From: Hydrolagus affinis
Taxonomy: Eukaryota
DNA length: 64,000 bases
Direction: 5' to 3'
Assembly: GCA_012026655.1 (NCBI GenBank)
Contig: JAAILG010001202.1
Coordinates: 1 to 64,000, forward strand
The notes beneath the pieces were generated by a model. That model did not search any database and was not told the origin of the DNA. It saw only the letters and a program-made list of their open reading frames with translations. The translations under genes and the position numbers were made by a program. The first letter of the stretch is position 1. Every line of letters starts with the position of its first letter. This document shows, one piece after another, positions 1 to 13,924 of this stretch.

Positions 1-225
1 CATGGAAGCCCTGTGCCATTTGGGTTAGTGAGGGGGAAAATTAACCAGGGATTTCGCTGTTAATAGAAACTGACTCCTGTAAACAGGATTGGCCTCGGCT
101 GTGATACCTTCTCTCCCAGTTGATTACCCTGACAAGGATCACCATTTAGACACACTGCCAATGGACCACTTGGCCGAGTTCACTGAGGGCAACGGGTTCC
201 CATAGAAGTGTACTCCCAGTAGAAG
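1..225 (+). repeat. Fragment of an old interspersed repeat; related pieces at ~9760-9850 and ~53610-53810
   Basis: Shared ggggaaaat.a.ccaggg / acaggattgg.ctcggctgtgat / ccacttgg.cgag motifs. Confidence 0.45.
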
Positions 226-3009
226 GTTAGAATATCATGGCCTTTTAAATATAAAACAATGCAGGCGGTATTAGTTTGACACATCAGTGCTGTGCTCGGT
301 ATCTGAAAAGTTCTTTCAATAAATATTTTAACCCGCTGCAGCTGTTTCTCACACATGAAATCAAAGTGAATTTCTATCCGCTTCAGTTAAGGCAGTTAAG
401 CCTGAGCCCTTAATAGTTTTTGGTCAGTCCTATGGTCATATCTGACCATATGGTGAATCATTCTTCGAATGGTCAATATTCGAACTTCACGGCGATGATC
501 TTGCAGGTTTGTTTCATAAGCGGCGGGTTTATATAGAATGCTGGTGACAGCTTGCTGGAGTGTGGATAATTTGCTGATAGTGTCTGGTCTCAGGAGGGTA
601 GTTGAGGGAAGGAAGAAGTAGTTTCACTTGAAAGCATGAGACTCTCACTGATATATTGCACTTTCAAAACACATGGTCAGGGGTGGTCTAATGAGACATG
701 CCCAGAGGAAAGCGAAAAGCAAAAGAACATTACATTAGTATAGTGGTCTCTGACCCTCAGCCCTCTGAGAACTGTTGAGTGACTGATCTCCCACCAAATC
801 TAAGAAGAATTTAAGAAGACAAAACTGCTAAAATAGTTTTTTTTTTAAATCACCTTCACCTCAACAGCAATGTGGCCATTTCACTACTTGGTTCACTATC
901 TTCCTGTCATTGTGCAATAAAATAACATCAGCAAAGCCTATGATTTGCTCAGTCCTGTTGGACAATTAAAACTGAGAATGATTCCAACTGATGTGTGGTG
1001 CCGCAAAGTGTATTTTTCGCTTCTTCCCCTCAATCCCCCATTTTGTAACTAAACTAGAAAAATACAAGTGCTCAGCAGATTGATCTGCATCTCAAAGTGA
1101 ATGATGGTTCCTCATGAAAGGTTAGATCAGCAACATTAACCTTGGAATTTGCAAGACCAGAACACAGTATTGTGGTCCATCCAGTTGGTTCCAAAGGTGT
1201 CCCAAGGAACTCTCTGTGTGGGCACCAGCAGACACCAACTCCCACCGCATAAACAACAATTTCTCCAGGGAATCCTCTGCATTTCAGGCAAGAGTTGCCA
1301 GCTTTGGACTTATACTTGACATGTCATTGGAGCTCCGAAAGCCATATAATAAGAGATAACCTTGAGACAAGTTGTATTATCGGTGAACAGAAGAGATAAA
1401 GAGGCTAGTTCAATCTTTGATTCTTCAGATTTTCTCCTGGGAAAAATCCTTCCATCTTTACTCACAGTCTCTCTCACATCAAGCACTTGGTATTTTAAGA
1501 ATTGGGGAAATCAAGAGCAAATACAAGTAACATTTTACTCCTATCCACCTCTTTCACTTAGCCATCGCTGTTGTTACAGCTTCCAAATATATTTGTGTTA
1601 TTTTCTTCTTAAAATTAATTCCTTGAAGCATAACAATGAACATTCAAGCACAGGATGAGAACAAAGGAGCATCTGTGTATTTATACTACTCTCTAAAGAA
1701 AAAGGAAATTAGAATCTCATATTAGTTTTGGATGTCATGCAAAATAAAATACTCCAGGCCTCAAAGGGACTCCATTCCCCACTTATTACTTTATCAGCAG
1801 GTTAAAAAAAATTGCAGAAAATTAAGGTTTCAAACTTTAATTTCTCCAAGATATAATCCAAAAGATCATTTCTGGTCAAATCCCAACTCTGCGTAAGACA
1901 ATCTATCCTCTAAGGACTCTCTGCTGGTTACTTCTGCTTGGGTCTCTTTTATAGTGCTCATTTTCACAGTCATTTCCTGATTTTCTGCTAGTGATTTCCT
2001 CCCACATACCAGTGGTCTGAGCTCCAGGAGCCAATGAGGGCGGGCTTTAAATTGAACGGTCACTTGGGGATTTCACACAGCCTGCCCACTGGGGAGTTCA
2101 ATGGTCTATTTTCTAATTGGAACCAGGTGGGACCTGCCACGCGATACCAGTGGAGAATTCTACCACTTTTAACTCCTGAATCGAAAGTGAACTCGAGGTT
2201 TCAGATTGTCCATTTTGTTTCCCCATAAAAGGGGTCTGACTCACCTGCCTGGTTTCTTGCATTAACTGTGACTTCCGGTTTGCGGAATCAGATTTTCCCA
2301 AGTCAGGAAGAGTGCATTTTCGGTCGGCAAAGTTCAGAGAACCCTGTGAGAATTCACTGGGGTTTTACCTTTATTTTAGAATCAGCCAGTGTGGGATTCA
2401 ACCATTTCAGTCTGGTAATTTCTTAAACTGGAAGTGGCAATTCATGCAAGACATCCCATTTGAGAATATTGCATTTTAGATGCCACTGTAGTGAAGTTCC
2501 ACTTGTGTGACGTCAGTTTCAATGCAGTTTTCATATTAACTCAGGACTAAAAGTACAGAGTTAATAGGAAAACTCTGGACTAAAAGTTTTTCCACAAGTG
2601 AAAAGCTTGATTCAAATTCGAGTCCTGCTCATGAAGCCATCACATGCAACACAAATCCAGTTATGGTTCAGCCAAATGGAACAAATGTACCTCTTGAAAA
2701 GCTCTTGACTGGTCTTCAAGTTTTTAATACCATTAGAGAGCCAAACACATTCCAACTATTTAATAACGTTTGTAAGATAACCCTGCCTTGCATTGGGTAG
2801 CGGTGCTGTGCGTACAAGTTAAGGTATACCTTTCTAGAGTTCTCCTCAATCCCTGGCTCAAGAGAAATCTGGAACAAGTAAGTATGAATCAGGTTTCCCA
2901 TTCTGAATTACTGTATCACTGGAGCGATGACACACCACGTCCAACTGTGTATAAAGGGCATAAAATGAAGCTGACTTAGCATGTAAGTTTAGAATGTGGT
3001 GCCCACCAT

Positions 3010-3320
3010 CCTAACTTGGACATAACTTGTTGTTCCCTTGTTATCGCTAAATCAATTTCCTGGAACTCCCAATTTAACACCTTCATGAGGGGACATTCCC
3101 CACAAAGCCTGCAGCAGTTTAAAAAGAAAGTCTACCATCATCCTCTTAGGGCAACCAGGGATATTGATAATCCTTGCATTTGATATAGCGCTTTTTGTGT
3201 CTCCTAGACGTCTCAAAGTGCTTCCAAGGATATATTGTGAAGTGAATTGACTGGATATTTGTGGGCAAAATTTGTGGGATGGGCACTAAATGTTACACTG
3301 CCAACATCCACAAATCCTAA
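3010..3320 (+). mobile_element. Old LINE 3' end interrupted by the SINE tail above
   Basis: tcctggaactccc...ctgcagcagtttaaaaagaaag (SWNS...LQQFKKK-type ORF2 end); resumes as gggatgggcactaaatg after the SINE; GGGAT occurs at both junctions (3158-3162, 3276-3280). Confidence 0.6.
3163..3275 (-). mobile_element. 5'-truncated SINE tail. Similar fragments: - strand at ~19860-19970, 24335-24465, 40830-40910, 46940-47055, 47850-47960, 48965-49050, 54170-54280, 54485-54592, 61800-61950; + strand at ~18000-18080, 18685-18780, 63725-63843
   Basis: Recurring aataatccttgcatttgatatagcgc...aaagtgaattgactgtatattttgtggg motif; boundaries approximate. Confidence 0.88.
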
Positions 3321-4609
3321 GATATATTTCACCTACAAATTCAGTCACTAATCTTCACAGTAAATCCTATGAAGAGCTATAAGACGCCTCCTAAAGTGAA
3401 CTTCAAGCATTATTTTTAATGGAGAAATTTGAGCTAGTGAAATCAAATTAGATTTCAAAGGAGAGAAGTAACTTCCACAGTTACAGCATTTCATCACATT
3501 TAAATATATCAAAGCACTTCAAGGCTAATTTCTGTTAAGTGAAGTGACTGTTTTTCTAGGCCAGCATATTATCAACATCCAACAAAGAATCATGAAGTGA
3601 ATGACCATTTAAATTAAAGGATTGTTGACCAGGTCTAAGTAAGGGACCAACTCTCGCTCTGTTTTCTACACTGAGGAAATAAATATTTTTGTGAAAAATA
3701 ACTTCTAAATCAGTCCGTAATTGAGATTCCTTCCAAACATGGAAATTGTTGCGTGCCTGTGCAGTAAGCACGTTTTGCTTTTAAATCACCAACATACAAC
3801 AAAAAAAGGAATAATCCCAACTCCGACTGCTCATAGAATTCACTTTTCTGAAGCTCTTAAATAGGATCTGGTCCTCAAGGTGGGTTGCACATGATCATGA
3901 GAGGTTTGGATGAAAGTTAAAAATTGAAACAGAGAAAGTTTCCCTTAGAACAGAGGATATCTGGAATGAAAACTATTTAATTCGAAGAGAGGTTTGGATC
4001 AAGAAGGGTGTTCAGCCCATTTGATCTCATGTTTCCTGAATACCCACCATACTGCCCTCCCATGACAGCATTTAGTTTTTTTTAAACATGTCCAATCTCC
4101 TGGTCTCCATTCTTAATCTTTTTCATTTTGAAAGTGCTGCATAAGAATAATAATCGGAATCACCACGATAATAATCCTTGCATTTGATATCACATAAATG
4201 TGAGCTATTATTATTATATTAAGGGAGTTTTTCTCAGTGTCCTAGCCAACAATCCCTCAGTTGAAAAGTGGCTATATTTTAAATAATTGTGGTTTAAAGG
4301 GAATGTTGGACAGCAGAGTAAGTAAATTCACTGTTCCATGAATCTACTGTCAAGCTTTTGAACTCTATTTTATAATGAATTGGGCAGAGTATTTTGCAAT
4401 GGTTGGGAAAAATTATATGGAAACACTGGATATGGTATAAATATATATATATACTGTATATCATTTTTAAAATTGCAACTATTCATTGATATGGTGGCCT
4501 TTAGACAGATGGAGATTTTGACAAATATCAATAGACTTAAAAGAATGACAACTGTTATTCCTAGAAAACTGAAAGTGTCTCTTAATATCGGGGATATGAG
4601 AAGAATTCA

Positions 4610-4900
4610 GTAGCATATTCCACCAATCAATAAGATCTTGGCTGATCTGTACCTCAAGTTCGATTACCTGCCCTTGTTCCATATCCTTTAATACCCTGAC
4701 CTAACAAATATCTATCCACCTCCGTCTTGAAAATGTGAATGGGTCCAGCACTCACATCCTTTTGGGGGAGATTTCCAGGTTCTGGATCCAGATTTCCATC
4801 ACCCTTTGGGTGAAAAACTGCATCGTAATTTCACTCCTAAATGGCGTAGCTCTAATTTTAGGATTATGCCCCTTGTTCTGGATTCTCCCACCATAAGCAA
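4610..4900 (-). mobile_element. CR1-type LINE 3' end remnant
   Basis: Minus strand reads ...ESRTRGIILKL..., followed by a CR1-like 3'UTR (aagatcttggctgatctg on +). Confidence 0.7.
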
Positions 4901-6002
4901 TTGTTTCTCACTGTGGTCATCCCTGGCTGCCTTTTGTTTCCATGTGAGCTCAGTATTGCATTGTCAAAGAAAGGTTCTTTATAAATCTTGCTGAATAAAA
5001 TGTCATGTAGAAGTGATCTGGTGAAGAGTGGGAGTGGAACCAAAGATGCCAATGCAATGATCTGACCTTTACATGGAATTCACTCAATGAGATCTGCTAA
5101 GTCTTCTTTCTTCAGTCTGTTAGATTGGCCAGAGTCCAACGTTTGTTGCTTTGATTAGCAGATCTATACAGTTGGTGAAGCGTATTCCAATAACAGCGCT
5201 AATCAAAGGACTTAAATTCTTTGCATTTTCTTGCTTTTTTCTTTAACTTCTGTAGATTCAAGTGTAAAATTAAAATATAACAGGATTTGGGAGATGAGTA
5301 TTTTCCATGCTACTGTATTAAGAAATAGAATGCAAAAGTGAATGACTGAATTGAATAAACCCATTGCAATTTCAGAGGCAAGTCCTCTCCTATAGCAAAG
5401 TAGATTCATAGCAAACGCAATGCTGTAACTGAGACTCTGAAAATAGATTGAACAGTGGGTCATTGTTAGCTTACCAAAATGTCATGCAATCTCACGCTGA
5501 GATATGGTAAAGAAGGTAAGTCTGCAGTTAATAGTATTAGTGAAAAGTGCATTATCAGGGATGAGCTTTAATTTGGTTTAAGCTTTTACTTTTTTGAAGT
5601 AATTATACTGTGCTAAGATACTGCCCCCATTTCAGGCTGAAAAAAGATTGTAGACCACAATAGGACAAGAGCTTCCCTCATTACACCTCAACCTACAAAG
5701 GGGATGCATATGGCTTTTTACCTTTTATTTTACCTTCTAATGGGATAAGGTAAAATAGAGGCCATTCTCTGACAACTTTCCTAAGTGGCTAGTATTCATG
5801 TGTGAACATTGACTGTCAGGTGATATTCAGAATATTGTTACAGGAGGAAGTCCTTCCTCCGAATAGCAGCTCCTGTTATGTCTGCAGCAATCCTTTTGTG
5901 ATTTTGCAGTTTATTTGCCGAATGGGATTCAACGTTATTGCTTGAAAGGCTGACACTTGTGAGAAAAAGTGTAATTGACATCATACAATATTTTCTTTTA
6001 AG

Positions 6003-6079
6003 GGTCACTGCTACTACCATGGTCATGTGCAGGGATATCCTCAATCCACTGTCAGTCTCAGCACTTGTTCAGGTCTCAG
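6003..6079 (+). CDS. ADAM12: ADAM12 exon ~5, prodomain: GHCYYHGHVQGYPQSTVSLSTCSGL(R)
   Basis: ttttaag| acceptor, |gtatga donor; classic ADAM prodomain HCYYHG...SLSTCSGLRG motif; phase 0 to 2. Confidence 0.96.
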
Positions 6080-7529
6080 GTATGAGTTACACACTCTTGC
6101 TTTGCAGTGTATCATTTGGGCTGTGATTTGCATCTACATGGAGCAAAGGAACATAAGAACAGGATGAATCTGCCTATTTATAGCGAAGGAGTCTGTTCAC
6201 AATTGAACCATTCTTTCCGTCAATGGAATGAATGTTTTGAATCAGATTTGTTTCGTTGTGATATCGGTCAACTTTGGGCACCTCATTCTTCCTACAATCC
6301 AAAGGCTTTGAAAACCCAAACTTAACACATCACTTAACCTTTGCTTCTTAACTAACCTTTCCTTTTCTGGACTAGCCATCTTACCTTGATTTCTCTTTGA
6401 AACAAAACGTAGATAATGACCACAGCACAGTGTCATAAACTGACTTCTCAAAGCTCGCAATATTTGCAGGACTCCATGTAACAATACTGCCATAGGACTA
6501 AAAGCTTAATATTGCTTAATGTCATAATTTTTAAAAAGGAACTCTGAGCTAAACTATATTTCATTTTCTCTTGCCCTTTGAATTGAACTGGTTTCTGCTC
6601 TTTATTGATAACTGTGTAGGAAGTTGATTGCATTTTACCAAAGTGTAGAAAAGCTCACTGGAAAAAGATAATAGAACAAAATGCTATAACAACATTTAAA
6701 CATCTTTTGCTCCTGGGTTAAAAATCAATCACATCTGTTAAATTCGACTGCAATGGAATGATTAGAACAACAACAACAACAACAAATTACATTTATAGAG
6801 CGCCTTTCACGTCGGGAGGACGTCCCAAGGCGCTGCACAGGGGGAGTGTGACCCGAGCTGGGAGGGGAGTGTTTGGGCGGGGTTGAAACATGAAGGGGAG
6901 AAAACAGTATCTGAAGAAGTCATCCATATTGAAAGTAATATACTGATGATCAAGCCTCACTTCCCTCCCAAAGATGTCAGTCACAGGCAATCTATTAACT
7001 AGTCAATCTTATTCATATTGTCAATTTCTTTCACACGGACCACATTTCTTTGCTCATTTTACTTCCACCCCAACTGCTTTTAGGTTTAATTAATTGAACG
7101 CTCTTCACTTTAACTTGTTTGGGAAGCATGTTCCATGAGTTTTGTGTACAACCTTGAAAATGTTGAATGAATGAATGTAAGAATGATTAAATTGAATGTG
7201 GCAAAGGTTTACCACTTGCTTTATTTTTATTCTCAAAGCATAATAATTATGTTAGATGCACAACATTTCTGACAAGCTAGTGGCACATTGATAATTGGAG
7301 CCTGTCACGTTAATTTTAATAGTGGATGACCTTAAGATATGCAGTAATTGCAAGGTAGAATTAAAGAAAATGCAAACCCTTCCTGAAATTGTTGCAGGAC
7401 ACTTTTTACCAATTGGACCATTTTATATGTAATCAGTGATAGCAATATGTAACTGGCTTCATAAAACTGCTCCCTCCCATTGAAAATACTTACCATTTCA
7501 TAGCAACATAAACTTCAGAGTATGTGCCA

Positions 7530-8135
7530 ATAACATTTCCAATAACACTCCCTACATTAACACTGCCTGCTCTGTGGTGCAATAACACTGGCTTCAAACA
7601 CAGCACTAACACTATATTGTGTTGCACTGTCTTGAGCAACACTGATTTTATTAACACTCATTGTATTTCACCGTCAATAATATAGCAAAACTATTTATAT
7701 CACTGGTTGCAGTAATGCGCCCCACACTGGGTTAAACTTCCTATTATTATAAATATAGATTCCTAGCATTATAGATATTGGGATTTTTTGGCAGTATGCT
7801 GTACTATGTTTGGGGCTATCCATACTGTTACAGTATAGTTTGCTCATAATTTATTACACTGCCAAATTAAACTGATATCTATAATAATACTGTTTGCATT
7901 AACACTCCCTGTATAGCACTACACTGCCAACACTATACTACATATATCAGCACCATCCAGTGAACTGTATTGCATATATGCCCTAGACCAACATTGGCTA
8001 CATTAGTACTGGTTTACATAAGAATGCTTAAAATGTGTTACGCTGCCAAGACTAACACTATTCACATTAACACGTGCTATTTTAACATTAAAAGCCCAAA
8101 ATGATATTAACACTGTTTACTGTAAACACTATATA
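7530..8135 (+). repeat. Decayed tandem array with a (T)AACACT core
   Basis: AACACT at 7544, 7559, 7584, 7608, 7638, 7653, 7901, 7929, 8054, 8109, 8125 plus many one-mismatch copies. Confidence 0.7.
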
Positions 8136-9338
8136 TTTTAATTTTGTTGTTAGTTTGTCTGTCGTTTATCCATGCAATCTTCTGTCTAAAGAGATTTGTG
8201 TAAACATTATCTTTTAATAGTCAGTTCTTGTTTTATGAGAGGTTGAACCATTAAATTAACAGAATGAATTAATCTATTAACAGATTAATTCAAGTTGTTC
8301 GCTGTTAAACATCATGTCAGCATTATAGATTTTTAATTGATTGTGATACCACCAAGGTTACTGTATAATTAAAACCTCACACAATATCATTGCATTGCTG
8401 AGATGGAAGAAAACTATTGTTATTCAAATCATTTGGTGGCTGATCTGAAAAGATGTGATCGGTTATTCTTCATTTTATCTTGTTTTCTCATTCATTTATC
8501 CTGCATTTCAAAACATTCATTTGACAAATCTTAAAGTTTAACATATGGCTTTTTGACAATGAAAAGCATTAGTTCAATCCATACTATTCAGATATTCTAA
8601 GACAAATATGCATAGTACAATTTGAAAACTAGAAATGTAGATTTTCACCTGCAAAATTTGGAGAAATATTGTATTTTCCACTATATGTTTACCCAGTACA
8701 GAAACAACAGTCATTAGCAATCTTATCTGTTAGATTTCATTTTGCTATCACAACCTCTTTCAACAACAGCAACTACAAAATTTTTGAATGTGAAATAGCC
8801 CAAACAGCTATCATATAGTAAGTTTGGCAGCACTTTGGATTTTTCTGTGTCTTTATTTGTTGCTTGAACAGTGAGAGTTCATAATTGCCAGAGTTCTGTC
8901 AGATCTCATCTGAGTCAATCAGGGATCTGCTGCCTTGTCATGACAAGATTGGGGAGTGGAAAAGGCGAGCGGACTCATCCTAAATAGCAAAACAACAGCT
9001 AGATAGCTCATTGGTGACGCTACCCAATCACGAAACACAAAAACAACAAATTTCATTTATATAGCATTGGGAGGACATCCCAAGGACACCAGAAGTACAT
9101 AAGAAAGTGTACAATGAGGAAAGACATTGTTCTTCACAATGTCACCCTTCACCCTCATTAAGCCATGTCGCAACACAGTTCACATAAAATGTACCCAAAG
9201 ATCCAGCTTCCCCATTTACTCTAAATACATTAATCTCTAGGAAGAATGGCAGACGAAACATCCACGTAGAGATTCCCTGAATCCCCAAAGACAATCAAGT
9301 AAAATTTAAAAATCAATATTCTTTCATCCCTACATCTA

Positions 9339-9641
9339 TAATAATAATAATCATTGCATTTGATATAATGCTTTTCAAAGCACTTCATAGAATATAATGT
9401 AAAGTGAATTGACTGTATATTTTTGGGCGAAACGCAGCAGCCAATTGCTCACAGCAGTGTCCCACAAACTGTCGTGGATTGAAACTGACCAATTTATAAT
9501 AGGTTTTTTTTTGGACGGATTATTATTAGGTGTGTGAAGTAAGGAAACTTGCCCAAGGTTTCGCCCTGGCCTGCCTGGATTCGAAACATAGGTCTCACGC
9601 TTGTAAGGCGAGTGATCTAACCACTGAGCTGCAGGACTCCA
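9339..9641 (-). mobile_element. Full-length copy of the same tRNA-derived SINE
   Basis: Reverse complement of head (ggagtcctgcagctcagtggttaga), body and (TTA)n tail. Confidence 0.9.
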
Positions 9642-10546
9642 CAGTATCTATCACCATATATATTTTGTTTACATTATATCAATGTAAACTGTTCTTGTTT
9701 AATTTATAATATTTCAATATCTAATTTTAGAAATGATATAGTAATGTTAAACTTTGAAGTGAGAGGGGAAAAATCATTAGATTCCTGCTGTCTAATCCAG
9801 AAACCACAAATGGGGCCAGGATGGACTATCTTGGTGCTATGCAGCTAGAGAAATCAAAGGAACGTTTCATAGTCCAGTGCCCTGTGAAACTTGAACCAAT
9901 GTTAATTTGTGGCGAGTGTAGAAAAGTACTGATTTAAGGAGTACAAGCAGACAGTTTATATTGGCACTTTATTCGCAAGTAAGCGTGGTCCATTAGATCA
10001 AATCAAATCAGGGTCTCTCACAGTTGAAAAATACAAAGGCCCCTTTATGCTTTATGGTTTCCTGAAATTTGTTGATTTATTGAATATAATTGGGTTCTCA
10101 ATAAGGATAATCCACTAAGGGACTAGAAAGTGCTGCAGCAAACATTTTGGTCACCTCTTAACAAATACTAACCACTGAGAACATTTATTTTCAGCCATAG
10201 TAAATGATGAGGTAGCAAAAAAATCATTTGAAGTCCTGCAGAGACTTTTGTATGCCTGCCAAAAAGCGAAGTCAAAAATGTTATCTATCCACAATCTGAA
10301 CGCTATCCAAATGTTTACCAAACTCTTTTGAAAAATGGATGTTAATTAGTTGGCAGTTTGCGTTTGCACACTGAGTTTTGTGTATTTCCCCAAAGATATC
10401 CATATAAAACTGTTACATTCCTCAAGATCATTACGTGATTGAGGAATGGTATTGACATTTTGAGTCATTAAATTAAAATTTCAAGATTCGATTGCGTGAG
10501 AACAAAGCTAGTGTAACATGTAGAAATAAACAGGAGTGTATCCACT

Positions 10547-10772
10547 GGAGTAAAATTCTACCTGGATCTAGATTTATTCTATAAATGTAGCATTTCATCA
10601 CATCTAGGATTTAGCAAGTTGTTGAATTTGTTATCAAGTTTAAAGCTGTTTATTTTGGTTCTTAAAAGAGGTTACAGACAACCTACTTCAAAATTCAGGC
10701 TGTATTTAAGAATTTATCAAATGAAATGCTCTGTTAATAAGAGTAAATCCTGGCGCAGGTGGATTTTTACCC
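10547..10772. mobile_element. Old palindromic MITE; second copy at ~33935-34160
   Basis: Ends ggagtaaaattctacctg / caggtggatttttaccc; both copies share tagcatttca..catc..gatttagcaa.ttgttgaatt. Confidence 0.6.
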
Positions 10773-11244
10773 CTTTTTTGTAAGTTAGATTCTCCTCTTT
10801 TGCTAACCTTAGGTGGAATGGCTACTGCACTAGATGTTGCTTGCACAGTCCTCAGTTTGTTTCACTCCCATTGACAAGTGAACTTGCTGTAAAAAGAATA
10901 ACTAGATTTGTAAGTCTAGTAAGATGCTTCATCAAACTAACTTCATTCAATAAATTGTTTTTTCAATAGTCCTTGGTTTTCTAAACTATGATATTTACAA
11001 ACTGGATATGAGTCATTGGTTGTGAATCTCAGGTTGAGATATGTTGCGAAAATTCCAAATGAAGCCATTAGAAAAATAAAATATAATCCCATTACAACAA
11101 CAACAACATTTGTATGGTGCCTTTCACGTCGGGAGGACTTCCCAAGGCGCTGGAATAGATCACCAAAGTACTGTAATCAGTTCTATTATTGCAGCTCAGT
11201 TGACATTTCCTTCTGATCACCAAGTATCTATTTTCTTTGAATAG

Positions 11245-11431
11245 GGGATTTGTTTCACTTGAAAATAAAACATATATATTGGAGCCTATTGAAGGTGCTA
11301 TAGACAACACACACTTGATCTACAGAGCAGAGAATCTTCAGATCACTGGAGGAACTTGTGGACATAGCTTCAGGATGTCAGGCAATGCAATGGACAACAT
11401 TGTTGAATCCTTTCAAAACTCTTCTACGAGG
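11245..11431 (+). CDS. ADAM12: ADAM12 exon ~6, prodomain with cysteine switch (GGTCGHS, Cys codon 11357-11359)
   Basis: gaatag| acceptor, |gtaggt donor; GFVSLENKTYILEPIEG...STR; phase 2 to 0. Confidence 0.95.
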
Positions 11432-12520
11432 GTAGGTTAAACTATTTATTCAAGGGAATAAAATATGACTTACAATGTGTGGTCAAGTAGCAATGATGTT
11501 TTAAGAAGCTTTCCATAAAGAACTTCCTAATGTAATTATATCACAATAAGTCACCTCTGTGACACATTTCCAGCAGATTTAATTTATATGGCTGTTTATC
11601 CTGGCAGTTTGCTGTAGCAATGGTACATCTTGCTTTATGGGAAACTTAGCAAAGTGGGGTGGAGTTGGAAACCTTTCTTCAATAGTCAGCAATTTTTTTC
11701 AAAGGGAGATTTTTTTAAAAAAAAACACACAACCAATCTGGTAACTCTTCTTCCAGTTAATTAAACCCAGGCGATCACAGCAATGTGGGATTGGGCCCAG
11801 GTTTGCTGAACTTCGGGTCAGAAGACAGCAGCAGTTACTTTTTAAGATAAGGAGAACATTGTGTGCCTGGCAGTGTTGCTCGATGTCATGGGTTCATTGT
11901 TCTGCCTCAGAGGGAGAATGTTTAGATCTGCTATTCCCCACCTGCACCCCATTAATCTTGTCTCTGTGGCCCGATTCAGTTGGAGGGAGCGTAATAGAGA
12001 CTGACCCATGCCCTAAGAAAATATACACTCGTAGGAATTCATAATTGTCACAAAATAGAACACAGCCAACAACTTGCATTTTTATAGAGCCATTTATGCG
12101 GGCTTGTGTGTTTCAGTGCCCATTACATGGATAATGTAAGAATATTGCAAGTTTAATGCAGAAGAAGGCCATTCTTCCCATTGAGTCTGTGCCATAACCA
12201 TAGCTGTGACATACAATGAAGTGTATTGCCATGTTCTCACAGTATGAAGGTTGGATTTCACCCAGGATTGGCAAACCTACCTCTTTTCAAATTAATTTTG
12301 CTCATTCTCAGCCAAATCGAAATTATTCCAACTTCATCAGCCAGAAGTGTGGAAGATATTAGTGCTTCATCCTGACATCACATCATTTTTGAGTATTTTT
12401 ATATCATCCAACTGACTTGCTTTCATTTATTATGCTCTTTCTTATTTTCAAAAAAATAGATCAATCGATTTTCAGAAGGATTTTAGAAATCAACTCATGA
12501 TCTGTACCTTGATATTGCAG

Positions 12521-12586
12521 CACAAAAGAGACATATCGAAGACCACAAAGTACGTGGAACTAATTATAGTAGCAGACAATCGAGAG
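12521..12586 (+). CDS. ADAM12: ADAM12 exon ~7: HKRDISKTTKYVELIIVADNRE (furin site R|HKR spans the junction)
   Basis: ttgcag| acceptor, |gtagga donor; 66 nt; KYVELxIVAD reprolysin motif. Confidence 0.97.
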
Positions 12587-13447
12587 GTAGGACTGCTAAA
12601 TACTGTACTCAATATCAAACCTTGCTTCCTCTTGAGAATTGGCTGTATTTCTGTTTATTTGTTTTGCTCAAAATGCAGGTGCATCCTGAATCCTGAATAA
12701 CTACTTCAGCGTAATTAAATTGATCTTGGAAACCACATTGCCTTCAGCATTCACTTGGTTGCGAATTATTCAACCATTTTCATAGGTGTATTTTGAAGGA
12801 TGCTTTGATTTGTTTACCACTTGCACAGTTTTCACTCTGCATTCCACAGTGATTTGTTGTTGCATCTTTTTTATTTGTTTGATAATTAGAACCCAGATGT
12901 AACCAGCATTTATCGACATTTTATTGCATAATAGTTTCCCCCAAAAATGCCATTGTCATTGTTCTTTGTCTACAAACTGGAATATAATAGAAAACGTGTG
13001 GCTTGTCGTCTGGCTTTAACAGGAAGACTTGTAATTTTGGATTTATTGAGAAACATTAACCAATAACAGACTGTATAACTTTCTTCTGTACCCATTCCAT
13101 TGTTTATTGACTGTAGCATAATGCTCCTGGTGCATTTCACCTGCTTTAGTTACAGACATAGATGTTGCACTCTGCATTTCATTTCACGCCCTCCCTCCAA
13201 CTTCGAAGAGGGAATTAACACCTTGAATTTATCTCCTAAAATGTATGAAGTGAGGTTAAAAAAACATTTATTGGGAAAACAACAGCATAATTAGGATCTC
13301 ACTTTGGTAAACAGTACTTCAGAGCATAAAGTGTTTCCTGATTGGAACCCTTGTACATCACAGCAATTCACGAGAACTCGGTACAGAGATCCTCAGCTTT
13401 AAGCTGACTTAGCACAAGTTGACGTGAGATACAGGAGACCCATATTT

Positions 13448-13525
13448 CACACACAAGCACACACACATACATACATACATATATACACACACATACATTC
13501 AGTACATACATACACACACACACAT
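13448..13525 (+). repeat. (CA)n/(CATA)n microsatellite
   Basis: Directly visible. Confidence 0.9.
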
Positions 13526-13924
13526 CCCACCCATTCATCTTTGCACCTTATATGTGGTCTATTCCAAATGTGCACAACTGTCTCCAATCTGATGCATATA
13601 GCATTTCCCTACAGAAAACTATGAACCAAATGAAACATACCTGAATCATATGTATTTTGTAAAGCTCAATAGAAACTTAAAATAAGAGACAAGTCTGCTC
13701 TTTCTCCCCATCATAAATGCACATTTACTGGCAAACTACTTATTAGAGTCAAAGTAACCTAGGCCTATTGGATACATGGTTTGTTTGAGGTCACTTCATC
13801 TTTTACATAGGTCTTTAAAGTCAGAGCAGTTTATACTGTTTCTTAAAAGCCAATTCAATGTGATTTCTCCAACTTGTGTTTAATGAAAAACAACTAAGAA
13901 CTTCATTGTTGCCTCTATTTTAAG

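Noticed and set aside
431-450. TATGGTCA-TATC-TGACCATA as an oestrogen response element
   Set aside because: Spacer is 4 nt rather than 3; a short palindrome like this is plausible by chance in 64 kb
1-6002. ADAM12 exon ~4 or earlier
   Set aside because: No segment encoding the expected upstream prodomain peptide was found; it presumably lies before the window
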